Of a stretch of 64,000 bases of DNA, positions 38,161 to 49,523 are shown in pieces. The stretch comes from Alphaproteobacteria bacterium (GTDB lineage Bacteria > Pseudomonadota > Alphaproteobacteria > SHVV01). The notes beneath the pieces were generated by a model. It did not search any database. It was given only the letters and a program-made list of their open reading frames with translations, and was not told the DNA's origin. The DNA lies in assembly GCA_965261645.1 (NCBI GenBank), contig CBDHDJ010000004.1:1903661-1967660 (forward strand), written 5' to 3'. Numbering within the stretch: position 1 is the first letter of the stretch; each line of letters starts with the position of its first letter. Made by a program: the position numbers and the translations under genes.

Positions 38161-38253
38161 TCCCAGGGGAAAACAGGCCGGAAAATCAGGCCGTTTTCCA
38201 GGCCATTTAGAAAGACTTTCGTAAAACTTTTGAAAGACTTTTGTTCGCTTACA
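38161..38253. repeat. prophage right-end repeats (candidate transposase-binding sites) ending in terminal CA at 38252-38253
   Basis: ggaaaacaggcc / ggaaaatcaggcc / (inverted) gttttccaggcc at 38161-38196, then gaaagactttcg...gaaagacttttg at 38208-38242. AT-rich relative to surroundings. Host IMPase reading frame resumes at ~38254. Confidence 0.4.
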
Positions 38254-38983
38254 TCCGGTTAGCGAAGCCGATATCGCCGTCAACGATGGCCTGAAGGCCC
38301 GTCTCCACGGCGCGCGGCCCGATTACGGCTGGCTCTCCGAGGAGAGCCCGGACGATGAGACGCGGCTTTCGTGCGAGCGCGTCTGGATCGTCGATCCCAT
38401 CGATGGCACGCGGGCGTTTCTCCTGGGCAAGCCCGAATTCACGATCTCCGCAGCCCTTGTCGCGGGCGAGCGGCCGGTCCTCGCCGCCGTCCTCAACCCG
38501 GCGACGAAGGAGCTGTTCACCGCAAGCAAAGGTGGCGGCGCGTGGCTCGGCGCGGCACCGATGAGGGTGAGCGCCCGGCACGAACTCGACGGCGCCCGGC
38601 TCCTCACCACCTCCTACCGGATCAATCGGGCGCGCGAGCCTGAGGCATTCGCCCGCGCCACCATCACCGGCCTCGGTTCGATCGCCTACCGGCTCGCACT
38701 CGTCGCGGCCGGGCGCTATGACGGCGTGATCTCGCTCAGCGGCAAGAGCGATTGGGACCTCGCCGCCGCCGATCTCCTGATGACCGAGGCCAAAGGCCAC
38801 ATCACGACCGTCGCCGGCGAGCGCTACCGCTACAATCGGGCCGAGCCGCTCCACCGCTCGGTGATTGCCGCCAACGCGGCCCTGCACGCGCTCTTTTTGG
38901 ACCAGTTCGGCGATAGCGCGTTAGGCCGGGCGAATCCACACCGCGTTGTCGTGAAAGGCGGCGCCCCCATCGGGGGGCGGTGA
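38254..38983 (+). pseudogene. inositol monophosphatase family gene (SuhB/CysQ-like), 5'-truncated by prophage end
   Basis: Begins mid-protein at ...PVSEADIAVNDGLKARLHGARPDYGWLSEES. Contains WIVDPIDGTRAFL and SDWDLAAADLL (WDxAA) motifs. The N-terminal ~45 residues and the start codon are absent. Confidence 0.7.
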
Positions 38984-40993
38984 ATCGGCGCCGGTGAGCG
39001 CGTTGATGCCAACGCCGCCGACGAACGCGGCATTGGGCCAAATGCTCTCGACCACCACGACCCCCGGCTGAAGCCCGTCGAACAGCTCGACGTGGATGGT
39101 GACCTCGCCGCGCTTGTTGCCGAGGGCGACCAACGCGCCGTCGTCCACCCCGAGCGTCTTCGCATCTTGGGGATGCAACAGCACGCTCGGTCGGCGCTCG
39201 CGGGCCTGGGAGGTCGGCGTCTCGGTGAAGCTCGAGTTGAGATAGTTGCGCGCCGGCGCGGTGACCAGCCGGTAGGGGTGGTCCGCATCGGCCTCCTCGA
39301 TCACCTCGAAATGGTCCGGCAGGCGTGGCATCGGTGAACCCGTTGCGCCGATGGCCTGCCAGTCGGGTGCAAAATGAAAGCGCTTGTCGGGCGTCGCGAA
39401 GCCGTTGAGGAAGTGCGAGGTTTCGAAATCCGTCGTGCAATCGAGCCAGCGCGCCTCCTTGAGCGCCGCCGCATCGGGGTAGCCCGAGCGCTTGAGGGTC
39501 GTATCGATCAGCTGCCACGCCGTCATCTCGAAGCCCGGGTGCTCGGCGCCGAGACGCCGCGCCAACGCGCAGATCACCTCATGGTTCGACCGCGACTGGG
39601 CGTAGGGCTCGATCGCTCGCGCGCCCATCTGCAGGTTAGAATGGCCGCCGGCGACGTAGAAATCGTCGTGCTCGAGGAACGTCGTCGCAGGCAGCACGAT
39701 GTCGGCCATCTTCGCCGTTTCGGTGAGGAACTGCTCGTGGACGCAGACGAAGAGATCGTCGCGCGCGAAACCTTCGCGCACCTTGAGATGCTCCGGCACC
39801 ACCATCATCGGGTTGGTGTTTTGCAGGAGCATGGCGGTGACCGGCGGGCCCTCGCCGAGATCGGCCGGGTCGCCGGTGAGCACCGGGCCGAGGCGCGACA
39901 TGTCGAGCTCGCGCACGCCTGGATCGAGCGCATCCAGCCCTTCGATCAGCGTCGTATCGAGATGGTAGATGTCGGCCTGGGAAAAGAGCGCACCCCCCCC
40001 TTTGTACCGCCACGCGCCGGTCACCGCGGCCAGGCACGAGACCGCGTGCATGTTGGCCGCGCCGTTGCGCGAACGGGCAAAGCCGTAGCCGAGCCTGAGA
40101 TAACTCCTTTGCGTCCGGCCATAGGTGCGGGCGAAGGCGCTGATCTCGTCCTCGTTGAGCCCGGTGATGCGGGCCGCCCAGGCCGGGGTCCGGGTCTTGA
40201 GGTGGGCCTCGAGCTCGTCCGGCACGTCGGTGTAGCGGGCGAGATAATCGCGGTCCGCATAGCCCTCGGCGAAGAGCACGTGCATCATGGCGCAGGCGAG
40301 CGCGCCGTCGGTCCCCGGCCGGGGACAGATGTGCTGATCGGCGACCTCGGCCGTGGCGTTGCGGTAGGGATCGACCACGATCAGCTTGGCGCCCCGCGCC
40401 TTCCGCGCCTTGGCGATGTGGGTCATCACGTTGACCTGGGTCACCGCCGCATTGGCGCCCCACACGATGATGAGATCGGATTCCGCCATCTCGCGCGCAT
40501 CGACGCCGAGGCACGCGCCCGCGCCGGCGTTCCAGCCCGAGCGCGCGAGCGTCGTACAGATCGTGCTCTTCTGCCGCGAATATCCCATGACGTGGCGCAG
40601 CCGCTCGATCCCGTCGCGCTGAACGAGCCTCATGGTGCCGGCGTAGAAGTAGGGCCAGACGGTTACCGGACCGAAGCGCTGGGCGGCAGCAATGAAACGC
40701 TCCGCCACCTCGTCGAGCGCCTCGTCCCAGCCGATCGGCGTGAACGCGCCGCTGCCCTTCGGCCCGGTCCGCCGCAGGGGCTCGGCCAGTCGGTCAGGGT
40801 GGTGGACGCGCTCGGCGTAACGCGCCACCTTGGCGCAGATGACGCCATCGGTGTAACTGTTCTCCTTCGCGCCGCGTACGCGGCCGATGGTGCGCGCATC
40901 GATCAGCTCGACCTCGAGCGCACAGGTCGAGGGACAATCGTGGGGGCAGGTGGAGGCGGCAATATCCATGATGAGAGCGTGTGGTCGCGGCAC
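38921..40993 (-). CDS. molybdopterin-dependent oxidoreductase (4Fe-4S N-terminal domain)
   Basis: 690 aa. N-terminal Cys cluster STCPHDCPSTCAL, MopB-type catalytic domain and a C-terminal molybdopterin dinucleotide-binding region. Confidence 0.75.
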   Translation of the reverse strand: MPRPHALIMDIAASTCPHDCPSTCALEVELIDARTIGRVRGAKENSYTDGVICAKVARYAERVHHPDRLAEPLRRTGPKGSGAFTPIGWDEALDEVAERFIAAAQRFGPVTVWPYFYAGTMRLVQRDGIERLRHVMGYSRQKSTICTTLARSGWNAGAGACLGVDAREMAESDLIIVWGANAAVTQVNVMTHIAKARKARGAKLIVVDPYRNATAEVADQHICPRPGTDGALACAMMHVLFAEGYADRDYLARYTDVPDELEAHLKTRTPAWAARITGLNEDEISAFARTYGRTQRSYLRLGYGFARSRNGAANMHAVSCLAAVTGAWRYKGGGALFSQADIYHLDTTLIEGLDALDPGVRELDMSRLGPVLTGDPADLGEGPPVTAMLLQNTNPMMVVPEHLKVREGFARDDLFVCVHEQFLTETAKMADIVLPATTFLEHDDFYVAGGHSNLQMGARAIEPYAQSRSNHEVICALARRLGAEHPGFEMTAWQLIDTTLKRSGYPDAAALKEARWLDCTTDFETSHFLNGFATPDKRFHFAPDWQAIGATGSPMPRLPDHFEVIEEADADHPYRLVTAPARNYLNSSFTETPTSQARERRPSVLLHPQDAKTLGVDDGALVALGNKRGEVTIHVELFDGLQPGVVVVESIWPNAAFVGGVGINALTGADSPPPDGGAAFHDNAVWIRPA

Positions 40994-41141
40994 GCGGATG
41001 GTGGTTCAGAATAGCGCCCCGGCGCGGCAACCAGCAACTCGTTCCGGGATCGTCGTCGGGTCAGCGCGCGAATGTGTCTCCGCGCTTCTTGGCCGCCATC
41101 TCGCGCTCATGGTACGGTCGGCGAAAGTGGGAAAGAACAGA

Positions 41142-42967
<1,826 letters not shown>

Positions 42968-42977
42968 AGGGGCCGTC

Positions 42978-43766
42978 ATGGGAATCGTCAAGCAGTTGTC
43001 GCGAGGCGAGGCGGTGCGGGGGCTGGTGTGCGGGCTCGTCGCCCAGTACATCCGCCTCGTCTATCACACCAGCCGCTGGCAGGTGGCGGGCGGCGGGGTG
43101 CCGGCCCGCCTGTGGGACGAGAACAAGCCTTTCATCCTTGCTTTCTGGCACGGGCGGCTTCTGATGATGCCCTATTGCTGGCGCCGCGGCACGCCGATGA
43201 ACATGCTGATCTCGCAGCACCGCGACGGCGAGTTCATCGCCCGCACGATCGGCCACTTCGGCCTCGGAACGGTGCGCGGTTCGCCCAAGAAGGGCGGCGC
43301 CCAGGCGCTGCGCGTCATGGTCCGCCAGATCGAGGCCGGCGAATATGTCGGCATCACGCCCGACGGGCCGCGCGGGCCGCGCATGCGAGCCTCGACCGGC
43401 ATCGTGACCGTGGCGCGGCTTGCCGGGGTGCCGGTCGTCCCGGTCTCGACGGCGACCAGCCGGCGCCGGGTGCTCGGGAGCTGGGACCGGTTTCTCGTCG
43501 CCCTGCCATGGGGCCGGGGCGCCTTCGTCTGGGGCGCGCCCGTTCGGATCGCGCGCGATGCCGATGAGGCGGCGCTCGAAGCCGCGCGCCGGGAGATCGA
43601 GGACCAGCTCAACGCGATCAGCGCCGAGGCCGACCGCCTCTGCGACCACGAGCCGATCGGGCCGGAACCGCTGGCCGCAGAGGAGCCCTTATCGCCCCCA
43701 TCCGCTCCCGATCACGGCACCGTCGCGGGAGAGCCGCTCCAGCCAGAGAGGGCGTCCAACCCATGA
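42978..43766 (+). CDS. lysophospholipid acyltransferase family protein (DUF374)
   Basis: 262 aa. Conserved position between msbA and kdtA. Confidence 0.65.
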   Translation: MGIVKQLSRGEAVRGLVCGLVAQYIRLVYHTSRWQVAGGGVPARLWDENKPFILAFWHGRLLMMPYCWRRGTPMNMLISQHRDGEFIARTIGHFGLGTVRGSPKKGGAQALRVMVRQIEAGEYVGITPDGPRGPRMRASTGIVTVARLAGVPVVPVSTATSRRRVLGSWDRFLVALPWGRGAFVWGAPVRIARDADEAALEAARREIEDQLNAISAEADRLCDHEPIGPEPLAAEEPLSPPSAPDHGTVAGEPLQPERASNP

Positions 43767-45067
43767 CGGGGACGCCGGCGCTCACCCTCTACCGCGCGCT
43801 CACCCGACTCGGCGGGCCGCTGCTCGCCCGCCATGTTCGCCGCCGCTTGGCGGAGGGCAAGGAGGACCCGGCCCGTCTCGGGGAACGCTTCGGTTACGCC
43901 GGTGAAGCACGGCCCGCCGGGACGCTCGTCTGGGTCCATGGCGCAAGCGTCGGCGAGGCGATGTCGGTTTATCCGCTGATCGAGCGCCTGTGCGCGGCGG
44001 GCGCGGCAGCCCATGTCCTCCTCACCACCGGGACCGTGACCTCGGCCCGTTTGAGCGTCGAGCGTCTGCCCATAGGTGCGCGCCACCAGTTCGCACCGAT
44101 CGATCGGCCGGGCGACGTCGAGCGCTTTCTCGATCATTGGCGGCCCGACTTGGCGTTGTGGGTAGAATCGGAACTCTGGCCCAATTTGGTTACCGCGACC
44201 GCCGGGCGCGGCATCCCGATGGTTCTTGTCAATGCCCGGATGTCGGCGGCCTCGGCTCGCCGCTGGCGCTATGCGTCGGGGCTGGCCCGCACCCTGCTCC
44301 ACTGCTTCACGCTGTGCCTGGCGCAGAGCGAGGCCGACGGCGAGCGTCTTTCCGCATTGGGCGCACGCCTGGTCCGATGCCCGGGAAACCTCAAGGATGC
44401 GGCCCCGCCCCTGCCGGTCGACGATTGCCGCGACGCCGGCCTCGGCGAAGCGATCCTGACGCGCCCGCGCTGGCTCGCCGCCAGCACCCATGACGGCGAG
44501 GAAGCCATCGCCGGCGAGGTGCATGCGGCGCTTGAGCCGGCGCTTCCCGGCCTTCTGACGCTCGTCGTCCCGCGCCATCCCGACCGCGGCGGTGCCATCG
44601 CCACGTGGCTGCGATCGCAAGGATTGAACGTGGCCCAACGCAGCCGGGACGAGCCGATCACTCACGCCACGGACGTCTATCTTGCCGACACCCTCGGCGA
44701 GCTCGGCTACTTCTACCGCCTGGCCGGTATCGCGTTCGTCGGTGGCTCGCTCGTTCCCCATGGGGGCCAGAATCCGCTCGAGCCGGCGCGCCTCGACTGC
44801 GCCCTTCTTACCGGCCCGCACACAGACAATTTCGCCCCGATCATGAGCGCCTTGCGGAATGCCGAGGCCGTGGACGAGGTGAGCGACGCCGTCTCGTTGG
44901 CGCACGCGGTGGAAAACCTGCTGAACGACGACGACAAGCGCATCCAACGCGCCCAGGCGGCGCGGGCGGTTGCGACGGCGGCCTCGGACGTGCTCGATCG
45001 CGTGATGGCCGAGATTGCGCCGTTTCTTCCCGCACCACCGGCATGCGGTGATGCCAGGAGCCGTTAG
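43763..45067 (+). CDS. kdtA: 3-deoxy-D-manno-octulosonic acid (Kdo) transferase
   Basis: 434 aa. WVHGASVGE motif and overall WaaA/KdtA architecture. Confidence 0.85.
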   Translation: MTGTPALTLYRALTRLGGPLLARHVRRRLAEGKEDPARLGERFGYAGEARPAGTLVWVHGASVGEAMSVYPLIERLCAAGAAAHVLLTTGTVTSARLSVERLPIGARHQFAPIDRPGDVERFLDHWRPDLALWVESELWPNLVTATAGRGIPMVLVNARMSAASARRWRYASGLARTLLHCFTLCLAQSEADGERLSALGARLVRCPGNLKDAAPPLPVDDCRDAGLGEAILTRPRWLAASTHDGEEAIAGEVHAALEPALPGLLTLVVPRHPDRGGAIATWLRSQGLNVAQRSRDEPITHATDVYLADTLGELGYFYRLAGIAFVGGSLVPHGGQNPLEPARLDCALLTGPHTDNFAPIMSALRNAEAVDEVSDAVSLAHAVENLLNDDDKRIQRAQAARAVATAASDVLDRVMAEIAPFLPAPPACGDARSR

Positions 45068-46046
45068 CGTGCGGGCGCCTGAGTTTTGGACCAGCGGCGG
45101 CTCGCTCGCCACCCTGCTCGCCCCCGCAGCGGCGGTCTACGATCTCGCCGGACAGCTGCGCCGCGGAATCACACATCCAGTCAAGGCGTCGGTGCCCGTG
45201 GTGTGCGTTGGCAATCTGACCGTCGGGGGCGCCGGCAAGACGCCGGTGGCACTCGCGATCACCCAGCGGCTCCGCGCCCACGGCAAGCAGGTCCACATCC
45301 TGACGCGGGGCTATCGCGGCCGCATGACCGGGCCTGTTGCCGTCGATCCCGCCCGGCACACGGCCCGCGAGGTCGGCGATGAGGCGCTGCTGCTCGCCGC
45401 CGCCGCACCGACCTGGGTGGCGCGCGACCGGCCGGCGGGGGCCCGGGCCGCCGCCCAAGCGGGCGCCCAGATCGTCGTCATGGACGATGGGCTGCAAAGC
45501 GCCACGCTCACCAAGGACGTCTCGCTGCTGGTGATCGACGGCGGCTACGGCTTCGGCAATGGCCGCGTCATCCCGGCGGGGCCGCTGCGCGAGGCGCCGC
45601 CCCGGGGCTTCGCCCGCGCCGACGCCGTCATCGTCGTCGACGACCCGGTCGCGCGCGCGGCCGCCATCGAGCCCTGCAATGGGACACCGTGGCTTGCCGC
45701 ACACCTGGTGCCCGACCCCCGTGCCGAGGCGCTCGCAGGCCAGGCCGTCGTCGCGTTTGCCGGCATCGGCCGACCCGAGAAGTTCTTCAATACGTTGCGT
45801 GCGATCGGCTGTCGGCTCGTCGAAGGGCGCGGGTTCCCGGACCATCACTTCTACGACCCCGACGAGATCATGCGTCTTGTGGAGCTGGCCTGCGAGAGGC
45901 GCGCCCAGCTCGTCACCACGATGAAAGACGTCGTCCGGCTGCCCGCCGAGGCGCGGGCGATGGTCACGCCGGTCACCGTCAACGTCGAGTTCGAGGATCC
46001 GGAAGCCCTCGATCGCGTTCTCGACCCGGTCTTGCATACCGCCTGA
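45051..46046 (+). CDS. lpxK: tetraacyldisaccharide 4'-kinase
   Basis: P-loop VGNLTVGGAGKTP and ILTRGYRG motif. Immediately downstream of kdtA. Confidence 0.8.
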   Translation: MPGAVSVRAPEFWTSGGSLATLLAPAAAVYDLAGQLRRGITHPVKASVPVVCVGNLTVGGAGKTPVALAITQRLRAHGKQVHILTRGYRGRMTGPVAVDPARHTAREVGDEALLLAAAAPTWVARDRPAGARAAAQAGAQIVVMDDGLQSATLTKDVSLLVIDGGYGFGNGRVIPAGPLREAPPRGFARADAVIVVDDPVARAAAIEPCNGTPWLAAHLVPDPRAEALAGQAVVAFAGIGRPEKFFNTLRAIGCRLVEGRGFPDHHFYDPDEIMRLVELACERRAQLVTTMKDVVRLPAEARAMVTPVTVNVEFEDPEALDRVLDPVLHTA

Positions 46047-46160
46047 GCGCGGATCATCGACGCCGGCAAAACCCAGTCGGCGGAGCGCCCCAGCGGCGGC
46101 GAGGCCGGGGCCGGGGGGCCCCAACGTCTCGAAGCGTTCGCCGTCCGGCTCGCGTTCGCG

Positions 46161-46844
46161 TTGTTCACGCGTTTGACCCTCGAACGGGCCTCGGCGTTGG
46201 GCGGTTGGCTCGGGCGGAGCCTCGGACCGCGCCTGCCGGTTTCGCGGCGCGCGCGGGACAACCTCCGCCGCGCCTTCCCCGATATGGAGGAGTCCGAGAT
46301 CGAGCGCATCGTACGCGGAATGTGGGACAACCTGGGCCGCGTCGCGGCGGAGTACCCCCACCTTGGCGAGATCGACTGCTACACCGACGGCGGACGCGTC
46401 GAGGTGGTCGGGACCGAGACCCTCGACCGGCTGCGCGATGAGGGCACCGGTTGCATCTTCTTCGGCGGCCATCTCGCCAATTGGGAGCTCCTGCCGCTGG
46501 CCGGCGTCCAGCGCGGCGTCGAGCTGACCCAAGTCTACCGGCGCGCCAACAACCCGCTTGTCGAGGACATCCCGGTGCCTTTCTTCGGCCGCGATGCGAT
46601 GACCGCGCCGGCGCTCGCCCAGCTCGCGCGCCGTTTCCAGTGTCCCATAGTGCCGGCTCGGATCGAGCGGCTCGGCGGCGTGCGCTTTCGCCTCACCGTG
46701 TTTCCGCCGCTCACCGTGCCCAAGACCGACGATGCGGACGCGGACGCCTTCGCGACCATGCGCGAGGTCAACGCGCTGCTCGAGGGCTGGATCCGCGAGC
46801 GGCCCGAGCAGTGGACCTGGGTCCACCGCCGCTGGCCCGACTGA
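46161..46844 (+). CDS. lipid A biosynthesis acyltransferase family protein (LpxL/HtrB-like)
   Basis: 227 aa, lysophospholipid acyltransferase (LABLAT) pattern. The true start may lie further upstream with a non-ATG codon. Confidence 0.6.
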   Translation: MFTRLTLERASALGGWLGRSLGPRLPVSRRARDNLRRAFPDMEESEIERIVRGMWDNLGRVAAEYPHLGEIDCYTDGGRVEVVGTETLDRLRDEGTGCIFFGGHLANWELLPLAGVQRGVELTQVYRRANNPLVEDIPVPFFGRDAMTAPALAQLARRFQCPIVPARIERLGGVRFRLTVFPPLTVPKTDDADADAFATMREVNALLEGWIRERPEQWTWVHRRWPD

Positions 46845-46859
46845 GCATCCCGCCCCGAA

Positions 46860-47681
46860 TTACTCCGCCGCCGGCATCGGTCCGGCCAGCAGCGCCGGAT
46901 CGAGCGGCTGTTTGAACCAGCTCACGCGCCAGTCGAGATGCGCGCCCGTCACCCGGCCGGTGGCGCCCACGCGGCCGATCGGATCGCCTTGCTCAACCCG
47001 GTCGCCGACGCTCACGCCCACTCCATTCAAATGCGAGTAAACCGACGTCATGCCGTGGCCGTGATCGATCATCACCGTACCCCCGGTGAAGAAAAGATCG
47101 GCCTCGGCCAGGGCGACGGAACCCGGCGCGGCGGCGTGAACCTGCGCGCCGGCGGGCGCGGCGATGTCGATGCCGAAATGAGGCCGGCGCGGCTCGCCGT
47201 TGAGAATCCTTCCGGGACCATAGACCCCGGTGATGGTGCCGACGACCGGCCAGCGGAAGCCCTCGGCGAAGCCCAAGAGCCCGCTATCGCGCCGGCGCAC
47301 CTCGGCGATCATGCGGCCCTCGCGGCCGATGCGCTCGAGCTCCTTGGCCGAGGGGCTCACCATGTTGGAGGGTAGCCCGTCGATCCGCTGCACCTCGTAG
47401 GTGCGCCGCGCGATCTCGAGAACGCGCACCTCCTCGCGGCCGTCGGCGAAGCGCACCGACAGGCGCGCCGGGCCGCGTACATCGCGGCCGAAGCCAAAGA
47501 CGAAGATCCCCGAGGCGGACACCCTGAGCGGCCGCTCGTCGAGCGTGACGTCGGCGCCCGGCGCCGTCTGTCCCACGACGAGTCCGCCCTGGATGAAGTC
47601 GCCATCGAGAATAAGCTCGCCCGCAGCGGCCGGCGCACGGGCGAGCGCCAACACGAGCAAGCCGGCGAGAATGCGGATCAT
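46860..47681 (-). CDS. M23 family metallopeptidase (secreted)
   Basis: Signal peptide, then HFGIDIA...GTVMIDHGHGMTSVYSHL...GRVGATGRVTGAHLD (LytM/M23 motifs). Confidence 0.75.
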   Translation of the reverse strand: MIRILAGLLVLALARAPAAAGELILDGDFIQGGLVVGQTAPGADVTLDERPLRVSASGIFVFGFGRDVRGPARLSVRFADGREEVRVLEIARRTYEVQRIDGLPSNMVSPSAKELERIGREGRMIAEVRRRDSGLLGFAEGFRWPVVGTITGVYGPGRILNGEPRRPHFGIDIAAPAGAQVHAAAPGSVALAEADLFFTGGTVMIDHGHGMTSVYSHLNGVGVSVGDRVEQGDPIGRVGATGRVTGAHLDWRVSWFKQPLDPALLAGPMPAAE

Positions 47682-47911
47682 GCGCCGCGGCGCGCGCGGC
47701 GTTCCGTCGCCCGTTTCAGCGCCGCTTCGGCGCTGGCGTAGGCTTCCTGATATTCCACGCTCCAGTAGCGCAAGACGTCGAGCGGGATTTCAGCGCCGGT
47801 GACCGCGCACACGACATGGCTGCCCGGCGTGATCACTTCGAACACGCCGGGCCTGTAGCGAAGCTTGGCTTCCTTCCGCGCCGGCGGGTTGTCCTGGTCG
47901 CTGCCCCACAT
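47678..47911 (-). CDS. DUF2093 domain protein
   Basis: 77 aa (AKLRYRPGVFEVITPGSHVVCAVTGAEIPLDVLRYWSVEYQEAY). Small protein conserved in alphaproteobacteria. Confidence 0.5.
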   Translation of the reverse strand: MWGSDQDNPPARKEAKLRYRPGVFEVITPGSHVVCAVTGAEIPLDVLRYWSVEYQEAYASAEAALKRATERRARRGA

Positions 47912-47921
47912 CCGTTCGCTC

Positions 47922-49364
47922 CTACAGAAGCTTGCCTTGCCGGTCCGTCGTGCGCCGGGCGGGTGGCCGCGCCGATTTGGGCGTGGGTCCGGTCACGCGG
48001 GCTTCGGCCGTGCCGTCATGGAAGGTGATGGCCAAGCCCTTCCCCGGGTGCGTCGCCGCCGCGCTGGTCACCGGCTGTCCGGACAAGTCCCGGACAACGG
48101 CGTAGCCGCGCTCGAGGACTCGTTCGTAACTCAGACTGTCGAGCAACTTCGCCTGCCCGTCGAGGGTCGTGCGAAAATCGCGCAGTAAATGCGCCATGGC
48201 CGCCGCCAGGCGCCGCGCGAGCTCGCCGGTATGGCTCCGCTCGGCCTTGATTTCGCGTCGCACGTGCGAGGGATGGAGGCGCGCGGCGGCCTCGGCGAGC
48301 CAGCTTTTGCGCATCTCCAGCCCACTCACTAGCGCCTTGCGCAGATCTTCCGTCAGGTCACCGAGGCGTTGCATCGCGGTCCCCAAGAGCTCGCGCGGGG
48401 AGTGCAAGCCCCGCTCGGCGGCGAGAAGCTGGATGCGCGCCCCCTCGATGCGGCGCGTCACGGCGCCCGCCGCTCGGCGCTCGAGATCGCTCACCGTCAT
48501 AGCGAGCTCGGCGCGCACCGGCACCGCCATCTCGGCCGCCGCCGTCGGCGTCGGCGCGCGCACATCGGCGGCGAAATCGATGAGCGTGGTATCGGTCTCA
48601 TGGCCCACCGCCGAGATGAGCGGGATCTCGCTCGCCGCGGCCGCGCGGACCACGATCTCCTCGTTGAAGGCCCATAGGTCCTCGAGGCTGCCGCCGCCGC
48701 GGGCGACGATGAGAAGATCGGGCCGCGGCACAGGCCCGCCCGGCGCGAGGCGGTTAAACCCGGTGATCGCTGCCGCAATCTGGGCCGCCGCCTCGGTGCC
48801 TTGCACCGCGACCGGCCAGATCAGCACGTGGCGGGGGAAGCGGTCGGCGAGGCGGTGCAGGATGTCGCGGATGACCGCTCCGCTCGGCGAGGTGACGACG
48901 CCGATCAGCCCGGGCAAAAAGGGCAATTCCTGTTTGCGCTGGTCGTCGAACAGGCCCTCGGCGGCGAGCGCCTTGCGCCGCTTTTCCAGCAGCGCCATCA
49001 ACGCGCCTTCGCCCGCCGGCTCGACCTCCTCGATGACGAGCTGGTATTTCGAGCGGCCGGGATAGGTGGTGAGCTGGCCGGTGAACACCATCTCGAGGCC
49101 GTCCTCCGGCGGAAAGGCGAGCCGCGAGGCGGTGGCGCGCCAGCACACGGCATCCAGCACGGCGGCTTCGTCCTTGAGGCTCATATAGAGATGGCCGGAG
49201 GCGGCGCTCTTGAAGCCCGACACCTCGCCGCGCACCCGCACGCGCCCGAAGGCGCCCTCGATGGTGCGCTTGACCGCCTGCGAAATCTCGCTGACGGTGA
49301 ACTCGGGCAGGTTGGAAACGGCCGAGCCCGCCGCCCCGCCATTGTCGGAATGGATATCGCTCAT
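47922..49364 (-). CDS. xseA: exodeoxyribonuclease VII large subunit
   Basis: 480 aa. N-terminal OB-fold region and catalytic core, XseA-like throughout. Confidence 0.85.
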   Translation of the reverse strand: MSDIHSDNGGAAGSAVSNLPEFTVSEISQAVKRTIEGAFGRVRVRGEVSGFKSAASGHLYMSLKDEAAVLDAVCWRATASRLAFPPEDGLEMVFTGQLTTYPGRSKYQLVIEEVEPAGEGALMALLEKRRKALAAEGLFDDQRKQELPFLPGLIGVVTSPSGAVIRDILHRLADRFPRHVLIWPVAVQGTEAAAQIAAAITGFNRLAPGGPVPRPDLLIVARGGGSLEDLWAFNEEIVVRAAAASEIPLISAVGHETDTTLIDFAADVRAPTPTAAAEMAVPVRAELAMTVSDLERRAAGAVTRRIEGARIQLLAAERGLHSPRELLGTAMQRLGDLTEDLRKALVSGLEMRKSWLAEAAARLHPSHVRREIKAERSHTGELARRLAAAMAHLLRDFRTTLDGQAKLLDSLSYERVLERGYAVVRDLSGQPVTSAAATHPGKGLAITFHDGTAEARVTGPTPKSARPPARRTTDRQGKLL

Positions 49365-49523
49365 CGGGTTCAGATCGCCACGCGCCTCGTTTTGGCCTCA
49401 AAGCAGCCTGCCATGATACAAAAGTGGCTGCATGGCCGAAACCCCGCCAACCGGCGCGACAATTGACAGGCCCGGCAAAAATGCCGACAACCCCGGTGGG
49501 CTTCAGTCCTCACCTCAGCGCTC

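Noticed and set aside
38092-38260. Minus-strand ORF 37990..38283 (97 aa) across the prophage end
   Set aside because: It spans the AT-rich terminal repeats and the host junction, has odd composition and no homology. It is more likely non-coding.
38921-38983. 63-bp convergent overlap between the IMPase 3' end and the molybdopterin oxidoreductase 3' end
   Set aside because: The last codons of each ORF are weakly conserved. This is probably an ORF-caller over-extension rather than a meaningful overlap.
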